26,119 nt of DNA from an uncultured Clostridia bacterium (GTDB lineage: Bacteria; Bacillota; Clostridia; Christensenellales; CAG-917). The notes under the pieces were generated by a model that did no database searches, was not told the origin of the DNA, and saw nothing but the letters and a program-made list of their open reading frames with translations. The position numbers and the translations under genes are program-made. Positions 15,562 through 24,953 of the stretch are shown one piece after another. The DNA is taken from the NCBI GenBank assembly GCA_937881285.1, contig CALGEU010000366.1, positions 1-26,119 on the forward strand, written 5' to 3'. Within the stretch, counting starts at the first letter, position 1; the number at the start of each line of letters is the position of its first letter.

Positions 15562-18500
15562 ATATGTTTAGTTACAATCTTTCGATTTATGAAAATAGAA
15601 GTTGGCAACTGCTTAAGTCGTGGTCAAGACCATTTACGGACGGCACAACACTGGATGACACTCTTGACGCAGGTGCTATTACGCTTTCGCTTTCTCGCAG
15701 ACAAGAACCGATTAAGCCGTTTACACGGTTGCGCATCATCGTCAGTGAAGACGGAACGGAATGCGGAAGAATATATCGCCTTGTAGCCACATCTAAACGT
15801 ACTAGACGAGTATTTGCGCCGTCTCTTACGCCGTTGTACGACTGGCAAATTCAAACGATTGAAGTGACAAAGGAAATGGAGCGTCGTTTCATAGGAACGA
15901 TGACCGTGACAAAATATCTACAGACAGATTATGCCGCAGGAACTTCTGCCGATTATGGTGAAATCGATGCAATAACCGATAGTTTTAAGAACAATGCTTA
16001 TGTAGTAACTCCATATTATAGACCGCAAACAAAAGGCACACACTTATCAATACTTAACCCGAAATTTCAAATTAAGTACAATAAAGGCTCAATAATGACG
16101 CCAGGTACTTTTAGCGGAATTGTAACATCTCCTAGTGGGGAAAAGACTGTTTTTAATGGAAATAGTAGTTCCGAAAATATCATCGGAGAATTGGAGTTAA
16201 CTGAAGTAGGAACGTATACGATAGAATCTTTCGTATCATCACAGTTATCTCAAGACGCGCTTGTACTCAAGTGTTCGGGTTCGTTTATTTTTAGAATAGG
16301 GGTGTATGAACAGACAGCATCAAAAACACAACCATCAATTACATCTGTTTGTGAGCGTCTGCTTTCTGCTGGCATTACTCGAAGAATCTTGATAGAAGAC
16401 CAAGAGTATGAACTTGATCCGACTTTTGCGGCAAAATATCAAAATGAGCCATCGCCTGAATTTTCGTTCTCAAACTGTACGCTGTTTGATGCGCTAATGC
16501 AAGTCGGTGGAAAAATTCACGCAATACCGAGACTTATACCGAAGTATGTGCGTGACAATCCAACGCTCGATAAAACGAAAACTATCGACGATACGCATTA
16601 TTACGTGACGTTTGACGAACTTGGTGGCGACGAACAAGCACCTAATATGCCGCCGATGATATATCAAGACCATACCATCAATATAGACGATTGGTGTGGT
16701 ACGTTGGACAGCCCGTCGCAAAACATGTGCAACACTGAAAACGTTGAACTTGGTGCTATAACGGAACTGGGAAACGATTATATTACGTGTAGAACGGAAG
16801 ATGCACAAATCGAAATCAATGCTGATAATGTTATTATTCGCTCATCTGCACCGATACAACAGGTCGTAAAACTTGAAGTCGGGTATATTCCCGAATATTT
16901 CAATGGACAAGTTCCTATAGGGGATATTTCAGCGTACGTATATGAAGATGCGGAATACTCAACACTTTCTTCGTATTGGGGAACTGCTTATCCGTATTCA
17001 AAAGCGTGGGCATTGCATTATAAACAAGGCGACAATAAAATATCGGGACTAAACTTTGTCATGCAAAACGCAACTTCTGTAGGAACAGCGTTTAATAAGT
17101 ATGCAATAGTTAATATAATAGAAGCCAAGACTGGCATTTCACTTTCATTGAGCGATACAACGAAAGGACAATGGTTGCGACAACTTGCATTTAAGTTGAC
17201 ATACGTTCCTATTGTCTCGGCTCGTTTGAAATCAATGAAGCCTACCATGAGCGGCGCAGATGAAAAAAATGAAATTGTTTACAATCAAGGCGCAAACGTC
17301 GCGGAAACTTCTTTCTATGGCGAGAAGATGCGTGGCGCAATTGCGCGACTCGGACAAGACGTCGAGCAACGCACTTACGATATTTTCCATTATTCGCAAA
17401 TGCCGAAATGTGGGCAATTGCTAGACGGAAAATATATAGCGCGTGTTGACGCAGAGTATGATCTTGTAAAAATAAGAGTGACGCTCACTCTAACCAAGAA
17501 CTTCAATCAACTTGCGGAGTATGTTGGACTAAATTCAAATTATCGTTTATACGATATTTCCGAGAAACAAAGCGTCGAACGCTATATAAACTATAGCGAG
17601 AAGATACTTATCGGAGATAAGACAGACATCGATATGACTGACTATGTTATGTGTCGAGAACTTGAAACGATGATTAAAGAAACCATTTCACCGATGGATG
17701 TAAGAACATCTTTGGGGAAACCGACACAGATTGCAGTGTTGAAGCCGTACGATGAAGCAGGCAATATTATTGCCGATAGAAATGTCGTATTGCCCGTTGT
17801 TGCGTTTCCTTTTGGGACAAGCGTTTGCTTTGCTATTTCATACGAAGACAATTACGGTGCAGGCTATCAGAGTTCAAATGAGTTTGAGAACGAAGCCAAC
17901 AAGGCGGTGCAACGTCTAGTGCCTTATACGGACGTTTACGGCGAAATTCATTCGTTGGAAATCATAATGGGCAAAGAAGGTTGGTCTCCGTCGCTCGATA
18001 GTCAAAAAGACGGTGGCGCGGCAATGCTATATCCGCAGGCAACTATCAATGAGCCTTATTGGATAACGCATGATACACAATGGCGTCGTGTTATCGTTCA
18101 GAAAGACAGTCGAGAAAAGTTGCGCTTTATGTATCAACTTCATTTTATCGGCACGCGAGACAGCATCGTAGTCGGTACTGGAATGGCGACATACAACCTT
18201 TTCGCAAACAAGTCGAATAATGATTCGTTCAATGCAGGTACTGTTGTATTATGGCTCGGCAAAAATATAAACGCACTCAATAAATACATTGATGCCAAAG
18301 ATTCCGTTCTTGGGTCTGAAACGTTTAAGCCTGGCACGGCAAACGTCTCACCGCTTGGCAAAGATGAAAACGGCACTGTGTATTGGAAAGCGCGAAAGAA
18401 TCCGACATCGGCGACGGTAAAGTCTTATGCCGTGTGCAGATTTGCTCCGGGACTTGACGGTACAGTCGATGAAACGTCAAAGTTAGAGTTGCTATTCGGC

Positions 18501-19031
18501 GAGAACTTTGAAAATGGACTTGCGCCAAATGAACTCGCTCCACCGATATATTTCTCGCCAGCGGCAAATATGGCTTACGCGGTCGAGAGCGCAAGTTGGC
18601 ACGTTAAGAGCGGTGCAATAGCGTATAAAGATAGCGCATTGACAATTCCGCTCGGAAAATATGTGTCAACGAAATCGATAAGCCAGGATAACATACATGC
18701 CGATTATGCAAAAGTCGCTAATGCGACATTGAACAAAAACGGGTACGTAAATCAAGAGTTCTTCCAGCATAATCTTCCCGTGATTCTCGATTATTTTACA
18801 TTACAGTACGATTACGAAGAAGGCACTTTGAAATTAGACAGAGAAGTGCTTGGGGGCAAGTTTGAAGAACTGACCGAAAACGTTGATTATACCGTTTCGG
18901 GAAAAACAATAACTCTAACCGACAAAGACATGTTGGTGCTCGGCGTTCGGGCGACCTATAAATGCATTTCCGATACAAAAATCGAAACAAGAGATACATA
19001 CGCATCGCCTGACGATTTAGAGTTTATGTAA
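15558..19031 (+). CDS. Large tail-tip/baseplate hub protein (1157 aa; alternative start 15564)
   Basis: Beta-rich; N-terminal TLDDTLDAGAITL..., FSFSNCTLFDALMQVG hub-like motif; C-terminal LTENVDYTVSGKTITL Ig-like repeat; position in the tail module. Confidence 0.7.
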   Translation: MNMFSYNLSIYENRSWQLLKSWSRPFTDGTTLDDTLDAGAITLSLSRRQEPIKPFTRLRIIVSEDGTECGRIYRLVATSKRTRRVFAPSLTPLYDWQIQTIEVTKEMERRFIGTMTVTKYLQTDYAAGTSADYGEIDAITDSFKNNAYVVTPYYRPQTKGTHLSILNPKFQIKYNKGSIMTPGTFSGIVTSPSGEKTVFNGNSSSENIIGELELTEVGTYTIESFVSSQLSQDALVLKCSGSFIFRIGVYEQTASKTQPSITSVCERLLSAGITRRILIEDQEYELDPTFAAKYQNEPSPEFSFSNCTLFDALMQVGGKIHAIPRLIPKYVRDNPTLDKTKTIDDTHYYVTFDELGGDEQAPNMPPMIYQDHTINIDDWCGTLDSPSQNMCNTENVELGAITELGNDYITCRTEDAQIEINADNVIIRSSAPIQQVVKLEVGYIPEYFNGQVPIGDISAYVYEDAEYSTLSSYWGTAYPYSKAWALHYKQGDNKISGLNFVMQNATSVGTAFNKYAIVNIIEAKTGISLSLSDTTKGQWLRQLAFKLTYVPIVSARLKSMKPTMSGADEKNEIVYNQGANVAETSFYGEKMRGAIARLGQDVEQRTYDIFHYSQMPKCGQLLDGKYIARVDAEYDLVKIRVTLTLTKNFNQLAEYVGLNSNYRLYDISEKQSVERYINYSEKILIGDKTDIDMTDYVMCRELETMIKETISPMDVRTSLGKPTQIAVLKPYDEAGNIIADRNVVLPVVAFPFGTSVCFAISYEDNYGAGYQSSNEFENEANKAVQRLVPYTDVYGEIHSLEIIMGKEGWSPSLDSQKDGGAAMLYPQATINEPYWITHDTQWRRVIVQKDSREKLRFMYQLHFIGTRDSIVVGTGMATYNLFANKSNNDSFNAGTVVLWLGKNINALNKYIDAKDSVLGSETFKPGTANVSPLGKDENGTVYWKARKNPTSATVKSYAVCRFAPGLDGTVDETSKLELLFGENFENGLAPNELAPPIYFSPAANMAYAVESASWHVKSGAIAYKDSALTIPLGKYVSTKSISQDNIHADYAKVANATLNKNGYVNQEFFQHNLPVILDYFTLQYDYEEGTLKLDREVLGGKFEELTENVDYTVSGKTITLTDKDMLVLGVRATYKCISDTKIETRDTYASPDDLEFM

Positions 19032-19044
19032 CTTTTACTAACAC

Positions 19045-19076
19045 AAGGCACTCACCCTTTTGGGTGGGTGCTTTTT
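19045..19076 (+). terminator. Intrinsic terminator
   Basis: AAGGCACTCACCC-tttt-GGGTGGGTGCTTTTT. Confidence 0.75.
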
Positions 19077-19103
19077 AATACGAAAAAATAGGAGATAACA
19101 ACA

Positions 19104-19607
19104 ATGCTTTTCTTTCTCAATTTAGACGGAACAGTCGCAAGAGATGATTCAGAGCGTGTTTTTCAAGGTCAAAACGGCGTAGCAAGTGTCGATTTGATAA
19201 CTGCGATAACGCCCGACCAAACAGGAATACAAGTCGCATTCACACTTCCAAACGGGCTTGCGACGCAATTCTTTCCGATGAGCCAAAGCGGAGCGTACGC
19301 ATTGCGCGGCGATGATGGGCGACAAATTTACAAATGGTCGTTCAAACTTCCGTTCAATGTTACGAAAGAAAAAGGTTCGGTCGGTGTGTCATTCAACGTG
19401 ATTAAATACAGCGGCACAAACTCATCGGGCAAAAACGTCATAGTCAATCAAACGACTTACACGAGCGAATTTACAGTGGAATACAGCGTGTTGCCAACGC
19501 CGCCTGCATCCGTCACAGAGAGCGAGATTAACGAACTAATCAATCTGCTCACGCTGAACATCAACAATTTGGAAGCACGAGTTGCGGCTCTTGAAGCAAA
19601 GGGGTGA
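19104..19607 (+). CDS. BppU-like upper baseplate/fibre adaptor, paralog 1
   Basis: FQGQNG...IQVAFTLPNG...LPFNVT...G.V pattern like BppU N-domains; C-terminal LEARVAALE coil. Confidence 0.6.
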   Translation: MLFFLNLDGTVARDDSERVFQGQNGVASVDLITAITPDQTGIQVAFTLPNGLATQFFPMSQSGAYALRGDDGRQIYKWSFKLPFNVTKEKGSVGVSFNVIKYSGTNSSGKNVIVNQTTYTSEFTVEYSVLPTPPASVTESEINELINLLTLNINNLEARVAALEAKG

Positions 19608-19611
19608 TTGT

Positions 19612-20328
19612 ATGTTGTTTTTCTTGAATTTGGACGGCACGGTTACGAGAAACGATACGGAACACATCTATCAAGGGCAGAACAATGCCGCGACAATAGA
19701 TGTGATTACAGCCGTTTCCCCTGCACAAACCGCCATACAGGTTGCCTTTACGCTTCCAAACGGACTTGCAAAGGGCTATTTCCCTATGATGCAAAACGGA
19801 AGATACAATCTTGACGATGACCAAGTTCAAATATGGAAATGGTCTCTTGCCGTTCCGTATAATATAACGGAACTGGAAGGTATTGTCGGTGTATCATTCA
19901 ACATAGTCAAATACAACGGTCTCGGAGTTGAAGATGAAGTCGAATCGGACAATCAAACGACTTACACGGCAAGTTTCCGTGTCGAGTATTCGCTGTTGCC
20001 CGAACCGCCGAGCGATGTTGACGAAAAAGACATTGAGCGTATCCTTGATTTGCTTACGCTTTACTACAACCAAAACGCAAAAGAGATTCAAGAGCTTAAA
20101 GACAGTTCGCCGAATTTCAGGTATGTTCCAAAACGTTTGTCCGAATTTCCCGAAACAACTGGTTTCAGACAGCGTGGCTCGATATATGTTGACGACGGCG
20201 AGAATTCATTCCGAATGTCGTTGACGAGCGTAAAGGAACTCAATACAAAAATAGTTTGCGTAAATGACGCAAATGACGCCGATATGTCACAGTTGACAGT
20301 CGGCGATTTTATTTACACGAAAAATTAA
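19612..20328 (+). CDS. BppU-like adaptor, paralog 2 (238 aa)
   Basis: GGGGTG RBS before ATG 19612; the first ~150 aa align with paralog 1 (MLFFLNLDGTV, IQVAFTLPNGLA, VGVSFN, NQTTYT). Confidence 0.6.
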   Translation: MLFFLNLDGTVTRNDTEHIYQGQNNAATIDVITAVSPAQTAIQVAFTLPNGLAKGYFPMMQNGRYNLDDDQVQIWKWSLAVPYNITELEGIVGVSFNIVKYNGLGVEDEVESDNQTTYTASFRVEYSLLPEPPSDVDEKDIERILDLLTLYYNQNAKEIQELKDSSPNFRYVPKRLSEFPETTGFRQRGSIYVDDGENSFRMSLTSVKELNTKIVCVNDANDADMSQLTVGDFIYTKN

Positions 20329-20350
20329 AATTTAAGGAGCGATAAATATT

Positions 20351-21868
20351 ATGGCAACCGAAAAAAGAAGAGTAGAACGTGTTATCGACGATAAAGGCGG
20401 AAAGGTTCAAGTGCTTTTTGAAACAAGTGCAGAACAAGTCACTATTGCGGATACTGAAAACGAATTCACATCTTCAAACGTTGAAGGTGCATTGCAAGAG
20501 TTGGCTACTGGGGTAGCAAATGCGGGCAAAGTCGACAATGTTGTGAATCCTGACGGCACGTCAATAGTAAAAGACAAAATTGCGCAACTAAAAGACGCAG
20601 TCGTCAAAGAAGCGGGTAAAGTTACACATCATCTAAAAATGTATGGACAAGACGATGATGACGATGCTACAAGTGGCGAGATACAGTATGACGGAAGCGT
20701 TGAAAAGTCAGTTAGGTATGATGCCAGTTATTTTACATTCCGCAAAAACTCGATTGATGAAAACGAGTACATTGTTGGTTTACCTGATGTTGTTTCATCG
20801 GGAACGTATAACAAAGTATCTGTTGATTCAAAAGGTCGAGTTTATCATGGAAGTAATGAAGACTACGCACTTAAGGCATATGTCGATGAGCAAGATGGGA
20901 AAAAACTCGACAAAGCAGGCGGCACTGTAACAGGAGCACTCTCTGTTAATGGTGGGCTTACCGTTGGTGGAAATCTCACAGTAAACGGAACTACGACAAC
21001 CGTCGACAGTACAACGCTTCAAGTGAAGGATAAACTCATCGAAGTTGCCCACGGCAACACTACAAAATTGACTACTCCTGCAGGTCTTGTTGCACCGAAA
21101 TATGACGGGACTAATTCGGGCGCATTGGTTTTTGACGGCGACGGAATTGCTTCAGTTGGTGACGTGGCTCTTGATGCTTCGGGAAATATCGACACTACAA
21201 AAAGCAACTTACAACCACTTGCAACCCGTTCAGGACTTGTAGACGGAAATTTAGTGCAATATGATGGCACAAATCAAACGCTTGTTGATAGTAAAGCAAA
21301 AATCGGAGATTTGCAAACTAAAAAAGACAATACGCTTGCTACTACTGAAAAAACCATTGCAGGCGCAATCAATGAAGTAAAAGAAACAGCGGATAATGCA
21401 CTTTCAAAAGCCAATACAAATGCTTCAGCAATTAAGAAAATAACCGATGGTACGACGACTGTCCCAAATGCACAAAACGCCGCATATGCAAAAAAATCTG
21501 ACACGGCAAATGCGGCGACAACTGCAGAAACTGCAACGACTGCAACGACTGCAAACAAAGTCGGGCATTCGCTTACTCTTCGTGGCGGAAATGATTCCGC
21601 CGAATTCCATGTGAAATTTAACGGCGCAAGCGATACGGTCGTCAGATTTTCAGATGACCTTTATCAGTCTGATGGAGCATTTTCAAATAGTGCCTACATC
21701 GGTTTAACGGATACAGGCGTACAAACAGGAACTTACAGCGCAGTTACCGTTGACAGTAAAGGACGCGTAACAGAAGGCTCTCAAGTTATCGAGTGGGGAA
21801 AAAGCGGACAAACGACGCCAACGTCAAGCCTTGTAGTTGGTGGTCTTTTCTTTGAACTCCAGTCATAA
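20351..21868 (+). CDS. Tail fibre protein
   Basis: NVEGALQEL; repeated GTYxxVxVDSKGRV; KLDKAGGTVTGALSVNGGLTVGGNLTVNGTTTTV; TIAGAINEV; Ala/Thr-rich ANAATTAETATTA. Confidence 0.85.
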   Translation: MATEKRRVERVIDDKGGKVQVLFETSAEQVTIADTENEFTSSNVEGALQELATGVANAGKVDNVVNPDGTSIVKDKIAQLKDAVVKEAGKVTHHLKMYGQDDDDDATSGEIQYDGSVEKSVRYDASYFTFRKNSIDENEYIVGLPDVVSSGTYNKVSVDSKGRVYHGSNEDYALKAYVDEQDGKKLDKAGGTVTGALSVNGGLTVGGNLTVNGTTTTVDSTTLQVKDKLIEVAHGNTTKLTTPAGLVAPKYDGTNSGALVFDGDGIASVGDVALDASGNIDTTKSNLQPLATRSGLVDGNLVQYDGTNQTLVDSKAKIGDLQTKKDNTLATTEKTIAGAINEVKETADNALSKANTNASAIKKITDGTTTVPNAQNAAYAKKSDTANAATTAETATTATTANKVGHSLTLRGGNDSAEFHVKFNGASDTVVRFSDDLYQSDGAFSNSAYIGLTDTGVQTGTYSAVTVDSKGRVTEGSQVIEWGKSGQTTPTSSLVVGGLFFELQS

Positions 21869-21881
21869 AGGGGGTGAGCGT

Positions 21882-22259
21882 ATGTCAACATACATACCGA
21901 AACGAAAAGGCGAGAACGGAGAAATGGAAGAAATCAAGTTTCCGTGGGCGGTTCTCGCTAATCCGCCTTCCTTTGCGAAGTTGGATGAGAACAACACATT
22001 TAAGGGCGGTCAAATTATCACGGGTGCAGTCGACGGATATTCGATAAAAGCGAGTGGTTATGTGAAAGGCTCTTGGTTGCAATCGTCAACGATGTCAAAT
22101 AAAGGCTCGAACACGGGTAAAGTTTGCGTATTCGATGATGCAGGCTGGATATATTACCGTACTCCTGCCGAAATCTTGTCGGAAGCAGGCGGCGCAAAAG
22201 CAACAGATATTCCGACATTCACATTGTCGGGAACGACGCTTACAATTACGACGAAATAA
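21882..22259 (+). CDS. Short tail-fibre-associated protein (125 aa)
   Basis: GGGGGTG RBS; AKLDENNTFKG, IYYRTPAEILS and C-terminal FTLSGTTLTIT fibre motifs. Confidence 0.7.
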   Translation: MSTYIPKRKGENGEMEEIKFPWAVLANPPSFAKLDENNTFKGGQIITGAVDGYSIKASGYVKGSWLQSSTMSNKGSNTGKVCVFDDAGWIYYRTPAEILSEAGGAKATDIPTFTLSGTTLTITTK

Positions 22260-22272
22260 GGGGGTGATAACC

Positions 22273-23190
22273 ATGTCGTTAATAGTAAACGGAACAGAAA
22301 TACCAGCAACTGGAACTATAAAATTTAACGGAGTAAGTCTCGAAAAGGTAATTTTCGACGGCGTAATCGTATGGAGTAAAGAAGCAATTATGTCAAGAAA
22401 AGGTTTTTTATGTGGTAACTGGAAAATGAACAAAACTTGGGATGAAAGCATTGCGCTCGCACAGGAAATTCTTGCGACAGGCGTTAATACAACGAATCCC
22501 GAAACAGTTTTAGCACCTGCGACGTGCAATTTGAAAGCAGTTGCAGATACAGTCGGTACAAATTTGGGCGTATGCTCACAATTTGTATCAAATGCAACAA
22601 ACGGAGCGTACACAGGGCAGGTTTCAGCGGCAATGCTTGCAAATGTCGGCTGTAAATATGCTATCATCAACCATTCGGAAACAACATACTTCGGTTTAAC
22701 ACCCGAAGCGGTCACGGGGAATGAGCAGGCGAGTTTTTATAACAATTTCAATATAATAGCGGGACAACTTGGACAATGTTTTCAAAATAACATTACACCG
22801 ATTTTGTGCTGTGGCGAAAATCTTACGATTCGAGAAAAATGGGCACATAAGACATGGGTTGAATATCAGTTAAGAATGTCTTTAGCGAGCATAACCGCTG
22901 ACCAGGTAGAAAAAATGATAATAGCATATGAACCTATATGGGCAATCGGTACTGGTAAAACTGCGACACCCGCCGAAGCGGAAGAGATGTGTTCTCATGT
23001 TAGAACTGTTATATCGGAAATGTATGGCTCTTCTGCTGGCGATCAAGTTCGAATCATATATGGCGGTTCGATGAACGCTAAAAACGCAAGCGAATTGCTG
23101 TCGCAAACTAATATTGACGGCGGATTGATAGGTGGAGCATCACTGAAACCTGCGGATTTTGCAACAATATGGAATGCTTTCAGTAAATAA
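22273..23190 (+). CDS. tpiA: Triosephosphate isomerase domain fused to a 39-aa phage-type N-terminal beta module (305 aa)
   Basis: TIM motifs GNWKMNK, GAYTGQVS, HSE, ILCCGE, AYEPIWAIGTGKTAT, YGGS and DGGLIGGASL; strong GGGGGTG RBS before ATG 22273; the TIM-like part starts at in-frame ATG 22390. Confidence 0.92.
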   Translation: MSLIVNGTEIPATGTIKFNGVSLEKVIFDGVIVWSKEAIMSRKGFLCGNWKMNKTWDESIALAQEILATGVNTTNPETVLAPATCNLKAVADTVGTNLGVCSQFVSNATNGAYTGQVSAAMLANVGCKYAIINHSETTYFGLTPEAVTGNEQASFYNNFNIIAGQLGQCFQNNITPILCCGENLTIREKWAHKTWVEYQLRMSLASITADQVEKMIIAYEPIWAIGTGKTATPAEAEEMCSHVRTVISEMYGSSAGDQVRIIYGGSMNAKNASELLSQTNIDGGLIGGASLKPADFATIWNAFSK

Positions 23191-23201
23191 GGAGATGTCT
23201 T

Positions 23202-23378
23202 ATGATACGAACTATTCAAATTGATATTGACGAATACATCGACAATTTGTGGGCAAAAGGCGAGCGTGGCGACGATATAATCATCACGCTCTATGACTGT
23301 CGCATTAACGGCATCGACACAATCGAAAAAGGCGAAATCGCTTACGGAGAGTGGGCGGCAAAAAGAATAAAGGAGTAA
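23202..23378 (+). CDS. Small acidic hypothetical protein (58 aa, MIRTIQIDIDEYIDNLW...)
   Basis: Translated by hand; AAGGAG RBS; fills the gap between the TIM gene and the next gene exactly. Confidence 0.75.
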   Translation: MIRTIQIDIDEYIDNLWAKGERGDDIIITLYDCRINGIDTIEKGEIAYGEWAAKRIKE

Positions 23379-23381
23379 CTT

Positions 23382-23843
23382 ATGGATATTGAAGTAAAAC
23401 TTGACAGACTTAACGGAAGGCTCTCAACGCGAGAGCCTTTTTTGTTGAGCGAAAACGAAGAAGCAACAATGAAACTCGACACGGATTATCTGCTTAACGA
23501 TGCCGTTGTTAATTTTGAAAACGGTGGTGTGACCGAACAGGTTCGCATCAAGAAGAATCCTTTTGTGATTCCATCAAAAGTTGTAAAAGCGGGTGTTTTG
23601 AATGCCGAAGTGAACCTTTGCGCTCACGGTCGCGTTGTGAAAACATTCCGTGTCGAGCCGATAGTCTTTTATAGCGCGCCGCCGACACTTATCGGGCATC
23701 CCGAATTTGACGATTTGAAAGCGGAAAATGCTCTTTTGAAAGCGGAACTCAAGGAACTCAAAGAAACGATTCGGGTTCAGGAAAACAAGATTCAAGAACT
23801 CAAAACCGATGTGTACAATATTCAAATTGCGCTCGAACAATAA
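23382..23843 (+). CDS. Hypothetical protein, beta domain plus C-terminal coiled coil
   Basis: AAGGAG RBS; heptad C-terminus LKAENALLKAELKELKE. Confidence 0.75.
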   Translation: MDIEVKLDRLNGRLSTREPFLLSENEEATMKLDTDYLLNDAVVNFENGGVTEQVRIKKNPFVIPSKVVKAGVLNAEVNLCAHGRVVKTFRVEPIVFYSAPPTLIGHPEFDDLKAENALLKAELKELKETIRVQENKIQELKTDVYNIQIALEQ

Positions 23844-23916
23844 CAAACAACGTGTGCGCGCGTAATCACTTTATCGCTCTCGTCTGGCGCACCGGGCACG
23901 GGCAAAGGAGTACATT

Positions 23917-24429
23917 ATGGAAAATGCAACAATCGAAACCATTATGACGTATGTCGTAGCGTTTCTCTCTTCAGCGGCTGGTGCAACGATGATCACCGCC
24001 ATTGTAAAAGCAATCGTCAGTGCGGTTTGCAATTACAAAACAAAAAAGGTGAGCAGACTCACCGACGCCGACAAGTCTCAAATTGCGGATGAAGTCACTA
24101 CGCGCGTTTTGAGCGCAATCAGCGATGGTGTAAGTATCAATGCGGAAGCAATGATTGACCGCGCAACAAACAAGCGTCTTGACGTTATGGATAAGAAGTT
24201 CAACGAGTTCGGTGAAGTTATGAATAAACTGCTTTCCGTAAACATTGCGCAAGGCAAGGTTCTTGTTGATTTGAAAACGCCGTCGCTCACAGCGAGAGAG
24301 AATTTGGCGAGTGCAATCGGAGATACGCATCAAGAAATCAAGCAAATACCGATAATCGAGCAACCGAGACTGAATGTGTCCGTCGCGGAGAGTACGGAAG
24401 AGAAAGAAACGACCGCAGTTTCTTATTAA
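23917..24429 (+). CDS. Membrane-anchored coiled-coil protein (lysis-module position)
   Basis: AAAGGAG RBS; N-terminal hydrophobic helix followed by a helical soluble part. Confidence 0.75.
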   Translation: MENATIETIMTYVVAFLSSAAGATMITAIVKAIVSAVCNYKTKKVSRLTDADKSQIADEVTTRVLSAISDGVSINAEAMIDRATNKRLDVMDKKFNEFGEVMNKLLSVNIAQGKVLVDLKTPSLTARENLASAIGDTHQEIKQIPIIEQPRLNVSVAESTEEKETTAVSY

Positions 24430-24443
24430 GGCGGTGATAGCAA

Positions 24444-24953
24444 ATGAAACACAATCCGAAGTCAATCGTAACAATGGTAATGGAGTATCTCGTTCTCATC
24501 GCTCCGACTGCGGGATATTCCATTTATTGTTACTACGACACGTTGCAATATACGATGTCTGCGACGAGTAAGGGCAGTTTTTGGACGCTAATTGCGCTTG
24601 CGATTCTTGCGGGAGTTATCTTTGGTATCTTCCGCAAGAGATACGACCGTTATGTGCAAGGTTATGTTCAGCAAAAGACAGACCTTGAGACAAACCCGGA
24701 CAACGAATTGCTTATAAAACGTGTAGCGAAAAAGAAAGAAATCATCGAGAACGTCGATTATGTCGTTGCGCTGTTCCCGATACTCATTCTGTTGAGTGTC
24801 ATAGCGGCGTTCCAGCAAGCAATCGACCAACTTATGATATTGCTTTTAACGGTAGCAGGCTCTATTATTGGAAAAATCGGCTTGCATCTTGTGACTATCA
24901 ACATTGAGAAAAACGAGATGATAAAGAGAGCAAAGGACGGTGAAGACAAATGA
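24444..24953 (+). CDS. Multi-pass membrane protein (~4 TM)
   Basis: Four hydrophobic stretches; ATGA-coupled to the next gene. Confidence 0.8.
   Translation: MKHNPKSIVTMVMEYLVLIAPTAGYSIYCYYDTLQYTMSATSKGSFWTLIALAILAGVIFGIFRKRYDRYVQGYVQQKTDLETNPDNELLIKRVAKKKEIIENVDYVVALFPILILLSVIAAFQQAIDQLMILLLTVAGSIIGKIGLHLVTINIEKNEMIKRAKDGEDK

Noticed and set aside
19104..20328. Possible diversity-generating retroelement TR/VR pair
   Set aside because: Both copies are full genes diverged at all base types, not only adenines, and there is no reverse transcriptase in the window.
22390..23190. TIM as a host gene marking the prophage boundary
   Set aside because: It is fused in frame to a phage-like module, has no gap/pgk/gpm/eno neighbours, and phage-style genes and the att site follow it.
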